Source: Eledone cirrhosa
Lineage: Eukaryota
Assembly: GCA_964016885.1 (NCBI GenBank)
Contig: OZ024740.1
Span: 196,044,001 to 196,108,000, forward strand
DNA: 64,000 bases
Direction: 5' to 3'
Of this stretch, positions 38,300-50,982 are shown piece after piece. A model generated the notes under the pieces. That model did no database searches, had not been told where the DNA came from, and worked only from the letters and a program-made list of their open reading frames with translations. Made by a program: the position numbers and the translations under genes. How positions within the stretch are numbered: the first letter of the stretch is position 1; the number at the start of each line of letters is the position of its first letter.

Positions 38300-39765
38300 T
38301 ATTTAATGTTTGCTAACAAGCTTTAACCCCTTCACGACCAAATATCTAATAGAATACATTGTTTATCTGTTTCAATGACTTTTAAAATAATCAAAAATTC
38401 AGAGGAAGTTAGTAAAACAACCAGCCTTGTCATTATTAGGTTGGTGTTTGGAAGATAGGGCATCATCATCTTACATCTGCTTTCTATGCTGGCATGGATT
38501 AGATATGTTGTCATGGTTGAAAACTACATTGGTTAATGACTAGATAGGTCGGAGAGACCTCATCTTGCTCACATCAACCATCGTACAGAGTGTACTGAGT
38601 GAATTTTATTGCAACACCACCACCATCACTTTACAGAGTATATATTATAGTGGTTGGTACCAGTACTATAGCAGTTTTCATATGCTCAGCCCGACCAAAG
38701 AGTCCTTTCTACCCTATATTGTCTCCAATTACAGCACCAACATTAGAAAGGTTGTCAGATATTCAACAAGGCCAGAGGATCCGCTCTATGTTGTCTCTGT
38801 TAATCCATCAATTTACTGAATGCGTTCCATTGTGCCACTAGTAGGTTAAAGGACCCTCTCTGATCCATGTAGTCACCAATCTCTTGCCACATTTACTTTT
38901 AGCGTTACAGTGCTAGAACTGGTGAGTGTATATAAGTCTCAGCAACAGATAACCCCCAATTCATGTTTACAATATTTTGGCATCAGTCTTTAACCCGTGT
39001 GTCAGAATAATATTTGGTATATGCATGCACTCTTTTTTGCTTCAAAGAAAAAAAAATCTGATTTGTCTAATACTTTTCAAAGAAAAAAAATCAAGAGTGG
39101 CTCCTCAGCTAGATGGCTGGAACAGGTAAGAGTAAAAGAGATAAAAAAATTCTTACATAAAATTATGATGGAAGATTTTAATTGTGAATGCTTTAAGGAG
39201 AAGTTTATATCACAGAACCAGAAAGGGTCCCAGAAAAGTTGTATGCAAAGGTATCCATATTCTAAGCTCCGATCAAATGATATAAAATAACAATATTTCT
39301 AAAAGTTCAGTTGAGTCTACCACCTTTCTATTTAGTTGTTAAACCCCGAGTGTACTCTCAAGCAGGCTTGTGATCAAAGAAATATCAGCCACGTACATCC
39401 TATATCTGATTTCAAACATTGTGTGTCCAAGACCACATTATCCAATATGCCCCTTTTTAAAGATGGTATATTATGATTTGAGGGAGATTTGACAGTTTGA
39501 GTACTAGAAATAGTAGCTGAATCTCTCAAATCATATCCTACCATCTTTAAAAAAAAACAGAACAGAACCCAATACATTATGTCTGAATAAAAGATAGAAT
39601 GGTCATAGCTTGAACATCCTAAACAAGGTCATCTGGATGAAGGTTGAGCAGGGGCTAAACAATATTATACATTCAATGGATCATATTTAAACTTTTTCTC
39701 TAATTATTGGAAGTCTTCCTACTTCCCTGCCAGTATCACAATCACATATGACAGTTTAACATTAA

Positions 39766-39873
39766 CCTTTAGCACACTAGAAATGTTTATGAATTGCTTC
39801 TCTTGACACTGCATTATATATGAAGGGGAAATGACTCTATTGGTGACATAATGCACCTATAGTGTCCAGAAGG
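39766..39873 (+). mobile_element. ~108-bp TTAA-flanked mini element, copy 2
   Basis: TTAA CCTTTAGCAC ... GTCCAGAAGG TTAA. Confidence 0.65.
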
Positions 39874-40368
39874 TTAATGCAGAGAAGAAAATTATTATCA
39901 AAAACCCTATTGGTACATTGAACTTTCTCTTTCTACACACAAAGCATTTAAATGAAAGCCTAAATGAAAAGGGGTTAAGCTTTTTAGAGATTTTGCAATT
40001 AAACAAGGAAAACAGATTCAACCATTGAATATCATTGTTGTTTAGCCCTAAGTTAAACAGATTAAGCAGCCCTATGATCAAAGCTATGCCAGACTTAATC
40101 ACCCAACCTTTAAGAGTATAACTATCACATGTTCCAGCCAATAGGCTGAGGCCATGCTGGGGAACTGAACATAGAATAGCAATCCTTACAAATGAAATTT
40201 ATAGTTAAGATTGAGAGTAATTGCAGTTTTGTTTAACACATAGCTAGTGCTGGTGCCATGTTAAAATGCACTCAGTACACTCATAAGTGGTTGGTGTTGG
40301 GAAAGGCATCCAACAATAAAAATCATACAAAAAAAAAATGGAACATATGAGTGAAACATGATCCTGTG

Positions 40369-40520
40369 GCCTGTCTAGGCAGCAACTCTGTATAAGAACT
40401 GACTTGGACAGTAACAACCTGTCTAGGCAGCAACTCTGAATAAGAACTGACTGGGACAGTAACAACCTGTCTAAGCAGCAACTCTGAATAAGAACTGACT
40501 TGGACAGTAATAACCTGTCC
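40369..40520. repeat. 48-bp minisatellite, ~3 units
   Basis: cctgtctaggcagcaactctgaataagaactgacttggacagtaacaa repeated inside an RTE-tail SINE. Confidence 0.9.
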
Positions 40521-42387
40521 AACTCATCAAGCATGGAAAATAAAAATAATGATGACAGCACTGAAGAAATGGTTGTGACCATCATTCTGATTGCAACCCA
40601 TTTCCTAGTTTCATTTACCAACAAAAGCAGGATGTTGAAATTATCCCTAATTTTACCACATACAAATGTAACTATTACAGCACAAACATTAACAAGTGGT
40701 AAATATATATACATTCTTACACACACACAGATATCACCTTGATATCCAAAGGCCCTGTAAATGTTTGTTTGTATTTGTTGTATTTAAGTAAAATAGCACT
40801 GCTGCTACAAATGCGAACGATTAAAACATTATAAAAATGCATTTCTAAATGCGGAGGGTGGTCTGCTTAACTCCAAATCCTCTCCGATCAAACTGACAAG
40901 CAGTGACCACCACGTCTACATTGTCAAAGTTAAGATTTGCTTTTTCTATCTTCTTGAAAGAATGGTTGTTATAGGGAGAGGAGTATCTCGGCACTAAACA
41001 TCTACTCTGTTTATACTAAATAATAAACCTGTTGTGACAGTAACATGTTAAACATCAGTTTAGAGGATTATAATTTTCAACAGTTTATTTAGTTGCCGTT
41101 GTATTTGCCTTCATTGACCCAGACCTATAAAGGCAATCCAACCAAGGCCATTCCATCTTTATTCCAGACATTCCAATTTTAAAAATATCAATGTGATTTG
41201 AAATAAATTTGGCTACTATTGCTAGCAGGTCGTGTAACGATGTGTAAGACTCTCGTTAGATGAAAACTCCGCATTTAAAATACACAATTAAAAAATAAAC
41301 AAATATCTAATAATTAAAAATGTTTTTTTTATTAATCTTTTTAAGTATAATTATTTCTAATACAGTCACAAGAGAAACATACTCGTTTATCAATCCCGGA
41401 AGTATTTCGCCCAATGGTCACCTAGCGACCATATAAAGGCACCCTTGTTAGCTCTTGTTTATTTATGAATTCCCATAGGTATGTTAACTTTTAATGAGAT
41501 TTTAAATTAAATACAAACAAATGCATAAAACAGGGAGACGATACACACTTAGAGAATACAAATGATTTCAAAATGATGGACTACAATGTACAGAACACTT
41601 GCAACATGATTTTATTTATTTATTTATTTATTAAGAAAGACAATAGTGATAATGCCAAAAACAGTCTTTAGGTTTTCGAATTCCAGGACAAATTCTTTAT
41701 AATAACAAGTTCCCATAACACTGACTAAAAGACAGTGCTTAATTAAAAGAAGATAGGCAACTTGAAAAGATGAACATGAAATCTTACAGTAACTGAAGAA
41801 AAATCCTGAATATTTGTCATGTTGTGAACGGAATTAAATCTAGAGATTTTCTTCCGGTTTCTCCACTGCATTCATACATTAGTCCGGTAGCTAAAAAGGA
41901 CCATTCAACAACAAAACATTCTGTCCACCGATAAGCTTTTTAAATAATATATTTAGTTTATCACATATAAGTACTGACATATCGATATCCCATTCAAACT
42001 ACCATTAGAAATTTACATGATTAAATTAAAGTTATTCCGTTTCATTATTAATACAAATAACAAAATACGACATTTAAGAGTGTGCGGGAGTGACGAAACA
42101 ATGTGTAGTATTCTGAAAAATCGAATGGTCTAGAACGAAGTAGATGTTAGAAATAACAATAAAAACTTGATTAGTCATTCACCATTGGGTCCAAACAAAG
42201 ATATAGGTTATGCGAAAATGTACTACTGGTAACGACCACATATTGGTCAAAGTGAAAACAATAATCAACTTTTCTACACAAGGCAGTCTTTAACTCAAAG
42301 AATAATATATTATAATACAGAAATGTAAGGGATTATAAATATACATATTCGACGTGCAGTATCAAAGTCGAAATGAGCGAAAATTCC

Positions 42388-42418
<31 letters not shown>

Positions 42419-42527
42419 TTGTATATTTAAGATAGTCAGAGATATATCATAATTACAAATGCATAAATGAACATACAGTACAATATAATTTATAAAAACT
42501 ATTATTCTAAATATCATGTATCTAAAC

Positions 42528-42531
<4 letters not shown>

Positions 42532-42562
<31 letters not shown>

Positions 42563-42668
42563 TATGCGTATACACACACGCATACATATATTCTAACTCG
42601 ATATATATATATATATATATATATATAGTGTATGTGTATACACACACGCATACATATATTCTAACTCG
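42532..42668. repeat. ~70-bp tandem duplication with (TA)n
   Basis: (TA)n-gtgtatg.gtatacacacacgcatacatatattctaactcg occurs twice. Confidence 0.9.
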
Positions 42669-43025
42669 CTGATAAAATAAGACGAATATTAAGGAAGTTT
42701 CTCGATAATTTCCGAAAATAAGCAGGAGTGGGGGCAAAAATGTCTTGAGTAAAGAGTAATGTATCGTTATATATAAATGATGTTGGCTAAGATCCATGTC
42801 AGTTTCAACATTGTTGTCGAAACAAGATATATAGAGCTCAGCTGCTATTCAGCCAACTGCTAGTGAAACACAACAGACATTATACAAATTAAAAAAACAC
42901 ATATGTATTATTTAACTATTTAAAATTTACGTCCACAGTGAAACTATCGTTCGTAAGAGATTGAAAATTTGCTTTTAAAAAAGCTTATTATCATATTTTT
43001 TATTGTGTTTATTATTATTACTTAC

Positions 43026-43067
43026 CTGGAAAGTGGATAACAGCTCTGCTCTAGTGACTTCCGCCAT
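43026..43067 (-). CDS. FAF1: FAF1 exon 1 (start codon)
   Basis: ATC ATG GCG start context; MAEVTRAELLSTFQ; CAG|gtaagt donor; 42 nt, phase 0. Confidence 0.9.
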
Positions 43068-43095
43068 GATTGTTTTGTTACTCATGCGCATGTTG
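43056..43095 (-). promoter_or_regulatory. candidate FAF1 proximal promoter motifs
   Basis: Palindrome CATGCGCATG (NRF1-like) at 43083-43092; YY1-like ATGGCGG and ETS-like CGGAAGT overlap the ATG. Motif match only. Confidence 0.4.
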
Positions 43096-43724
43096 CTCAT
43101 TGTTATAAACATCTTTATAGCTCTGTAGGAGACATTCAATAGTTTCGTAATAAATGTCTTCAGCCTCTTTAATAAACATGTAGCTGTAATCTTATGAACT
43201 TATTTTACTTTGATTCATTAATTCCTTTACATGCATTCATTATTTAATATTTTCTATGATGGTTACATTTCATTATTCGTCCAATTAAAAATTTAAAAAA
43301 CAGTTCATAAAGCTACAGCTGGTGATAAAGAAAAATAAATTACGCTTTATTTTGAAATTTAAAATTATAAAAACAAAATCCATGACTATGATTTCAAATC
43401 GAAACAAATTTAAATATACTTTTTTTTAAATATTCTGATGCTAGATGCTGCAGTTTCAGAATTAAGTACGGAAAAGCGGGTTATATATTCAGTATAGAGG
43501 ATCTTCATTCAGTTTTTCTGATGTCTAGTGTTCCTTGAGATTTGACATCGAAGAATTGGGTGAAATTGAAAAATAGCACTCATAAATTTACTCTTTTTTT
43601 GTTGGAGACGGGTCTGTGTATATGTCACCAATACTATTAACCTGCATAAGGTACACTTAATAGTTAGGTTACATTGAGCTTCTGCAAAGAGCCACATTAT
43701 TTGAGAACTTTAATTCACTACCCT

Positions 43725-44095
43725 ACAATGAAAGTCTTCAGGCTTTGAGACTCCTGACAGTGGATTATAAGAGGCAGAGGGCAGACATACAAGCTTTTAA
43801 GATACTAAAAGAGTTCTATAAAGTACAGTACACTAGAAGGTGGCTATCTGGCACACATACAGGACTACCTGAGGATACAACAGGAAGCTCCATGTGCAAC
43901 ACCAACCAAGTCATAGGGACCACTTCTTTTCTGCATGTGCAATCAACTACTGATACTTCAAACAAGAAACAGTTGATGCACCCTCAGTCAACATTTTTAA
44001 GTCAAGGCTCAAGAAGGAGTAGACCAACCACCAGCTCAAGTTTAATTATCGCTTCTCATATTGAGGCCTATCTGGGAGGCATCGATACCAAGTGA
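43725..44095 (+). mobile_element. old CR1-type LINE 3' fragment
   Basis: RQRADIQAFKILK ... HFFSA-AINY ... ETVDAPSVNIFKSRL-like remnants across frames. Confidence 0.6.
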
Positions 44096-44696
44096 TCCTC
44101 AATACTCAGAAGAGGATCATCTCTACCTTGGTATGAGTCTTGTTACCTTTACTGGGTACCAAATGACCATACTTAATATATATACTTAAGATATATTGTT
44201 ATTGCAGAGGAGTGTTGCAAGTTTATTTCTTGTATGTGTAATGATTGCATTGAAAGAGACTAGATTAGCATAGTTGAACATGTCATCATTGAACAATATT
44301 TTACAGGTCTCAATTTGGGGGAATCTGGTAAATCTAGCATAAGGTGTCAATGCTGCATTTGAATGCTCTTTATATGTTGGGGTTAAGGAGGAATGAATGA
44401 TTGCAACCTGTAGTCCATATTATCACCATTTAACGTCCACTTTCCCTGCTAGCAAGGGATGTACGGATCTTCACAGACTGAGTCCGTACCAAAGCAGGGC
44501 CACTGACCACCCAGATGGGCCAGGTGCTTGCATCTTGCATACGGTTCGACATTCTACCAAGTGCATTTTATCAAGGCACCAGCACTAGAGAGGTTGTTGT
44601 CATGTCTGGAGGGTCCTCCCAACCCTTTGTTTGGCAAGCTTAGCATGTAGTACATCAACACTAGTGGGTTTGTCATGTCTTTGTTACATCTGGAGG

Positions 44697-45562
44697 CAGT
44701 GGCGGACTGGGTCTAAAAATATTGGTTGCCAGGAGATGAAGGGGGCCCACCTACATATAGAATGCTATCATTTAATTTTTATAATGAATAAATAACATTT
44801 TCGAAAAATACATAAGTGGAAACAAAACAGTGCAATCAAGTTTTTGCGGAAAAATATCTTACCTTCGCCAATAAAAAACATTATGTATTTTGCGAAATCC
44901 AGAGACTTTCAATAATGACCAGAATTCGACCCTAAATATGACTAATAGCTCTAGGAAAGCCATGAACAACATCTTTTTAACTTTGATTTTGAAAGTAGGT
45001 TTACAATTATCAATTTTCATTATACTTTTCTAGTTGTCTCGGTGGCCTAGTTGGAGGAATCATAGACGGTGGTGATCCTGGTCTGAAGTTTGATCCTGGT
45101 TGCGAGTAGAGGTCCCAGTAAACTTTTTCAGTTTTTTTTCTATTGGTTGTAAAATAAAAACTGAAAAAGGTTACATGTACCTCTTGACCAGGATTGAAAC
45201 CAAGGGCAGGAGCTTACCGTCTCTAGTACCTACCACTAGGCCACAGAGACAACTACGAAAATCTTATGAAAATTCATACTTATAAACCTACTTTCAAAAT
45301 AAAGGGTTGTGGTGTTGTTCATGTATTTCTTAATGTTATTGCTCCTACTTAAAGTCGATTTCTAGTAATTCCCTGGGGAATTGGTTGACGAAATGCTTTG
45401 CTTAATTGTTTTTTTTTTTGTTTTTTTTTATTCTTTCTCTTAGATTTCAGGTATTTTTGAATACTACAGTGGGCCCTGCAATACTACTGTGGGCTCTTGC
45501 AATGTTACCATAGGACCCCTGGGGCCCACTTGCCATTGGGCAACCTGGCCAGTCTGCCACTA
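44697..45562. mobile_element. non-autonomous hAT-type DNA transposon
   Basis: 8-bp TSD TCTGGAGG (44689-44696, 45563-45570); TIRs CAGTGGCGGACTGG / CCAGTCTGCCACTA; no ORF. Confidence 0.88.
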
Positions 45563-45942
45563 TCTGGAGGGTCCTCCCAACCCTTTGTTTGGCAAGCTTT
45601 CTATGACTGGATGTTCTTCCTATCACCAACCACTCTACAACATGTACTGGTGCATTTATGTTGTAGATCACCAAGGGGTGACAGATAGTATATGGGGAGA
45701 GGGGGGATATAATAGTGTGATCAATAGTGTACAGGTGAGAGAGTGATGGAGAGATAGCTAAGAGGTGGCAGTGGAGGGGGAGCACAGGGGGTAGAAAGAG
45801 TAGCTACTAGGGAGTGATAGTGAGGGTATCTAAAGGCAATAGAGTGGGGAGTAGCTAAGGAGTGGTATTGGAAGGGGCATGGTTGGTGGGGAGTGCTAGT
45901 AAAAGGGACAGGGGACACAGGAATGGGTCAAATCTTATTGTA

Positions 45943-47245
45943 CGAGGGGGGATCAAAAAGTTCGCAAAAGTTTTCAGAAAATATTCTATTGTTCAAAAAA
46001 TATGATTTACCTTCAATTTATTTTTCTACATAGTTGTCCAGGTCAATACACTTCACAAGGCGATGCTTCCAGCTTTGTAAGCCGTCTCTAAAGAAAGTTG
46101 AAGGCCTTGTTCAAAGTCATGTGTTGGCAGTGTTTTTAGCTTCTTCAACACCACTAAAACGGGTTCCTTTTAGCATTTCTTTGAGTTTTGGAAAGAGGAA
46201 AAAGTCTGATGGGGCTAAATCTGGACTATAAGGCGGGTGAGGAAGCACTTCCCATCGAAATTCTCGAAGAACTTTTGCAACCTGCGCAGAATGCGCTGGT
46301 GCATTGTCATGGTCAAACAAGATCCCATCATGAAGTTTCCCTTTTCGTTTCTTGACTAATGCCTCTTTCAGTTTCCTTAAAACATTTGCATAGTAAGCTC
46401 CTGTCACAGTTCTTTGACCTTCAAGATAATCTATTAGTATCACCCCATCTGAATCCCAGAAAATGGTGGCCATCACTTTTTGATCCGACTTTTGAGATTT
46501 GAACTTGATTGGCCCCGATGATCCATGTGGAAGCCACTGTTTTGACTGCTGTTTGGATTCAGGATCATACTGGTAGATCCAGGTTTCATCTCCGGTGATG
46601 ATTCTGGTCAGGAAATGCTCTTCATCAACTTCAATTTTGTTTAATATCGCCAAAGACAGATCACTTTGAAGAATCAGCTGATCAGGGCGCAACGCTTTTG
46701 GGACCCATCGCACTGAAAGCTTGCTTAGTCCCAAATTATCTTGCAGAATTGAATTTGCCAAACCATATGAAATGTCTAGGGACTTAGCTAACTGATTAAC
46801 TGTTATTCTTCGATCTTCTTCACTTAAAGTCTGAGCAGCCTCAACGTTTGGTCATTTTTTAATGTTCCTAGTCTTCCACTGCGTTGGTCGTCTTCAAGGT
46901 CGTCTCTCCCTTGTTTGAATTGCTGAATCCACTTGTAGACAGCAGTTTTCTTTGGAGCAGTAGTACCGTAAACTTTAACTTAAAGCCTCCATAATCTGTG
47001 TCCCTTTCCATTTGAGTTTCACCAGAAACTTGATATTCGATCTTATCTCAAAATAACTATTTTCCATTGTTCCAAAAAGAGGTTTTTTAAAGTGTGTCAG
47101 TACTGTACAATAGTCCACGCATAACTGACTGCAAGTGACTAATAGCAAGGTGAACACTCAGTGACATGTTCTGACATTTAATATTGTTTTAACTTATTTT
47201 TTTCTTACTACGATAAAATTCAGCGAACTTTTTGATCCCCCCTCG
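45943..47245 (-). mobile_element. mariner transposon, full length (1303 bp)
   Basis: TA TSDs; perfect 23-bp TIR CGAGGGGGGATCAAAAAGTTCGC. Confidence 0.95.
46018..47067 (-). pseudogene. mariner transposase pseudogene
   Basis: MENSYFEIRSNIKFLVK...; WVPKAL, TGDETW, DNAPAH, HPPYSPDLAPSDF; frameshifts in the N- and C-terminal parts. Confidence 0.93.
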
Positions 47246-47508
47246 TATGCTTGTGGCCGGACTATCATTACAGCCTGGTGCCAGCCATTGCAGTCCTTTG
47301 TCATTTCAGTTGTGAGACTTCTTATATAAATAAAATTCACATTGGTTTTTCATAATATTAAAGAGAAAATGGTGATCACTATGCAAACTTGTTTTTATTA
47401 GCAGTTGCAGGCATGTCATTTCATTGATACCATTAATACTCAGGCCTGTATATAAGTTAAACAAGCTATGGCCTAGGGCCTCACAATCTGTAGAGGCCTC
47501 AAAATAAT

Positions 47509-47719
47509 GGTTTCTGATTTAGGCACAAGGCCAACAAATTTGGATGAGGGGAAAGTTTATTTAATCGACCCCAGTACATTACTGGTACTATATTTTATTG
47601 ACTCCATAAGCATGAAAGTTGACCTCAGCGGGATTTGAACTCAGACCATAAAAAGCTGTAACTATATGCCACAAAGCATGTTGTCCAACACTCTACCGAT
47701 ACTGCCAATTCACCACCCT
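47509..47719 (-). mobile_element. SINE family 1 with 18-bp TSD
   Basis: TSD TAGAGGCCTCAAAATAAT at 47491-47508 and 47720-47737. Confidence 0.9.
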
Positions 47720-48190
47720 TAGAGGCCTCAAAATAATTAAAGGAGATTAAAAGAAGAGATTTTGTCATTGGAGAAACAGGTCTAAACAGTTTCACTAATT
47801 TTGATATACTGTAAATGGGGTTGGTGTTAGGAAGGGCATCTAGCTGTAAAAATCCGGCTAAATTTACAGTTCCGTCTGAGCAAGGTACAGCACGGCCAAT
47901 TTGGCCAGATTTTTTTCATGATGTGAACAACCTGTCTAACCCATGTAAGCATGGAAAATGGTTGTTAAACAGTGATGGTGATGGTGGTGTGGTTATTATA
48001 TGATTTTCTTTTTATTGGTATTATACTTTGTCCACTTTATCCCAGCCTTTATCCAGTTCTCTTGAATCCTTACCCTGCACTTTTTTCCTACAGGCATCAA
48101 CTTAAGAAAGTTCAAGCTGGACATCAATTGCATTGACCTCACTAGTCTGGAAAGACTTGCAAAGGTGTTCCTTAGATTAAATTTCCTTAT

Positions 48191-48348
48191 CCCTTTATCA
48201 TTTACATTACTCTATATTTACTATTGTATTTTCACAGTAAACACTTTCTCTTACATAATATCAAATCTACAAAATTTTGATACTTATGTGTGGCCGGTTT
48301 GAACAGAAAGAGGTAAGAGAATTCTGGCCGAATATGGCTGGTTTAAAT
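48191..48348 (+). mobile_element. piggyBac-type MITE copy 5, deleted
   Basis: CCCTTTATCATTTACATTACTC...; internal deletion; ends at GGTTTAAAT. Confidence 0.75.
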
Positions 48349-50771
48349 ATCTATAGACATTCATATCAGGTAATAATCTTAAGCATTGCAGTTAACATTC
48401 TATTTATATTTTTCAGTCTCTCTAGTTTAACATCAAATAAACATATTCATGAAGGGTGAAAAAAATGCAGATGCATTTCAGGAGTTATTCTTACGTCCAT
48501 GCCAGCTTAATGTTTATACAAATTTGATAATGTGAGTGGTAGACTATGTCAACAAGAGTGAATTGTAAAGGGTAAAATGTAAAATGTGTTAGAGTAAAAA
48601 CAAGATGCAATTTTTTTCTGAGCATTAAAGATGTGGATGCATTTTTTTTTTTCAAGTAATATTTGTCTGACTTAACATTGCTAAAAGACATTACCTCTTG
48701 AAGCAGGATGATAGAATAGTTAAGTTGCTAGAATTATATCCTAAAAGTCATTATTTCAGCCCTTACTAGTATCACTGGAGTGCTATTTATGTGAGGGGTA
48801 GCCATCAAAAATAACATCTAGATGAAAATAAACAAGCTTCCTATTTCTCAATTTCTGTCTCTTCCATACTTTGTTGAAAGTATCTTAGGTGTTCACATCA
48901 CTGTGCCTTTGAGAAAAATTTAGGATCTTTTAGTTCACCATATTGAAAATAGATAGCACACAAGAGAAAGAGAGCTACAGTCAGAGAAAGAGAGAGCACA
49001 ATTGACCCCAATATTTAACTGATTACTTATTTATCATTCCTGAAAAGATTGAAGACAAAATTAACCTTTTGGGGATTAGAACTAAAAGGGCAGTGTGGTG
49101 GAACAAATATAGCAAGACCTTCTGTCTGAGATTCTGACAATTCACTGTTTTTGTTGAATGAGTAAGATTCCAAAATCAGAAGCATTTTGATCTAACTGGG
49201 TACAAATACTTGAATGTCAGCTCTCTATGTCTGATTCATACATTTATTTTTTCAATGAGAAAAGTTGAACTCAATACTTCAAACTAACAAAACAGCAAAC
49301 ATTTAGCAGTTATGCAGTAACTTCATGAGGCCTGAAACTGTAAACTGTACCTTTCTGTGGTACAAATTTTATCCATGTCCTAAAATGGTTTGGTATTACA
49401 AATGTCTTGGTCGTCTTATGTACCATCTTTTGTAACTAAGAGCATTTATAACACATAATAAATGACATTATAGGCTGTGTGTTATGATGTATAATTAATC
49501 TTAGTATTATTTTGTCATATTATTTTACACATAACAATGTTTGACATTATACTAAACATAAGGAGACACAAAATTGCAATTGTGCAGATTATGATCAAAC
49601 GCATTTATTTGTTAACAAATTTTTCTGGCCTTTCCTGATCAGAACCATCAACAGATGATGAAATTTATTAATTGCTAGGAGAAGAAAGAATCAGTAACAT
49701 AGTTAGCATATGTGCCATCCAAAACAATCCTTCAATTTATCCTCAGTCATCACAACCACAAAAAAAAACAATACAGTTGACAAAAACATACCCGCGCCAC
49801 ACACTCACATAAAAGCGCTGCCAGGGATGAAATACCTTTTCTTATCCTCCTCTAGTTATGCTACTGGAGAGAATGGAAGTGTATGATATCTATGATTTTT
49901 CAAAGTCATTTGAGGAGTAAGTGAAATAACTACAACATGGAATCAAACTTGAGTAGCAGATTCAGTTCTCTCGGGTTAGATGCTTACCATTTATGCTATG
50001 GAGCTTACTATCAGGATAAACATTCTTTAATTTACAGATAAAATTAATAGTTTTTTGTTTTGGGTCGTGTGATTAAGTTTTTAACATAGTATTGACTAAA
50101 GCAGGTGAGTTATCTCAAGTGAATTTCTTGAAAGAAAGACGTGTAATATTATTTTTTTAAAAACTTATAAGAAAATACATCTAAATATTGAATATATAAT
50201 TAGAATGGAAGATTTTATAGATAGAAGAGAATAACAAAAATCATTGAACAATGAAGAATAATACATCACTGCTGTTATATCTTACACAGCATACAACAGT
50301 TATTAGGATGGATTAAAAGACTATCAATACTATAGCCACCACTAGATCAGTTCTTCAATCAACTTGAGATTGGTTTTCTATTATAACAAAAGCTTCAACC
50401 TTTGGAAATGTCAACAATTTCCGTGTTTAGCTCAATATAGAGCACACAGACAGATAAATGAATACACGTGTGTGTGTGTGTGTGTGCATGTACATACATA
50501 TACACAGATAGAATACTTCTATTTATGGAAACTTGTGTTGGGGGAAATACTTATAAAAAGCTATGCTAAAACTCTAGAAATTATCAGAATACACAGTAGA
50601 ATAGTATATTATTGTGGTTATCGATTTTTTAATATTTGATTTGTTATATAATTTTAAACAATTGCATTTTTATTCATTTATAGAAATTTTAAACATTTGA
50701 CGATAAAGATTTCAAATATGGTTAACACAATCTTTCAAAGACTCAGTTCTGGAAATTTAAGTTAAAATAAT

Positions 50772-50970
50772 GGTTTCTAATTCAGGCACAAGGCCAGCAA
50801 TTTTGATTAAATCAACCCCAGTACTTGACCGGTACTATATTTTATCGACCTCAGAAGATTGAAAGGTAAAGTTAACCTCAGTGGAATTTGAACTTAGAAT
50901 GTAAAAAGTCGAGACAACTACTACAAACCATATGGTCCAACACATTAACAATTCTGCCATTCCACTGTCA
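50772..50970 (-). mobile_element. SINE family 1 (older copy)
   Basis: Core and tail motifs present, diverged head. Confidence 0.8.
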
Positions 50971-50982
50971 TTCTAGTTAAAA

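Larger units (their letters stand above)
1029..43067 (-). other. FAF1: FAF1 gene span (15 coding exons in window; final exon beyond the left edge)
   Basis: Exons join in frame through GT-AG introns to give MAEVTRAELLSTFQ-EITRIEDIQVCIDTLEHHSWNLE (UBA) ... UBL ... acidic tract ... UAS ... coiled coil ... UBX, collinear with FAF1/Caspar as I know it. Confidence 0.95.

Noticed and set aside
40244-40726. 160-aa ORF with a repeated LDRLLLSKSVLIQSCC peptide
   Set aside because: An artefact of the 48-bp minisatellite inside a SINE.
48449-48531. Coding exon MKGEKNADAFQELFLRPCQLNVYTNLI on the plus strand
   Set aside because: Splice sites are plausible, but I found no recognisable homology or in-frame downstream exon; kept only as a possible non-coding exon.
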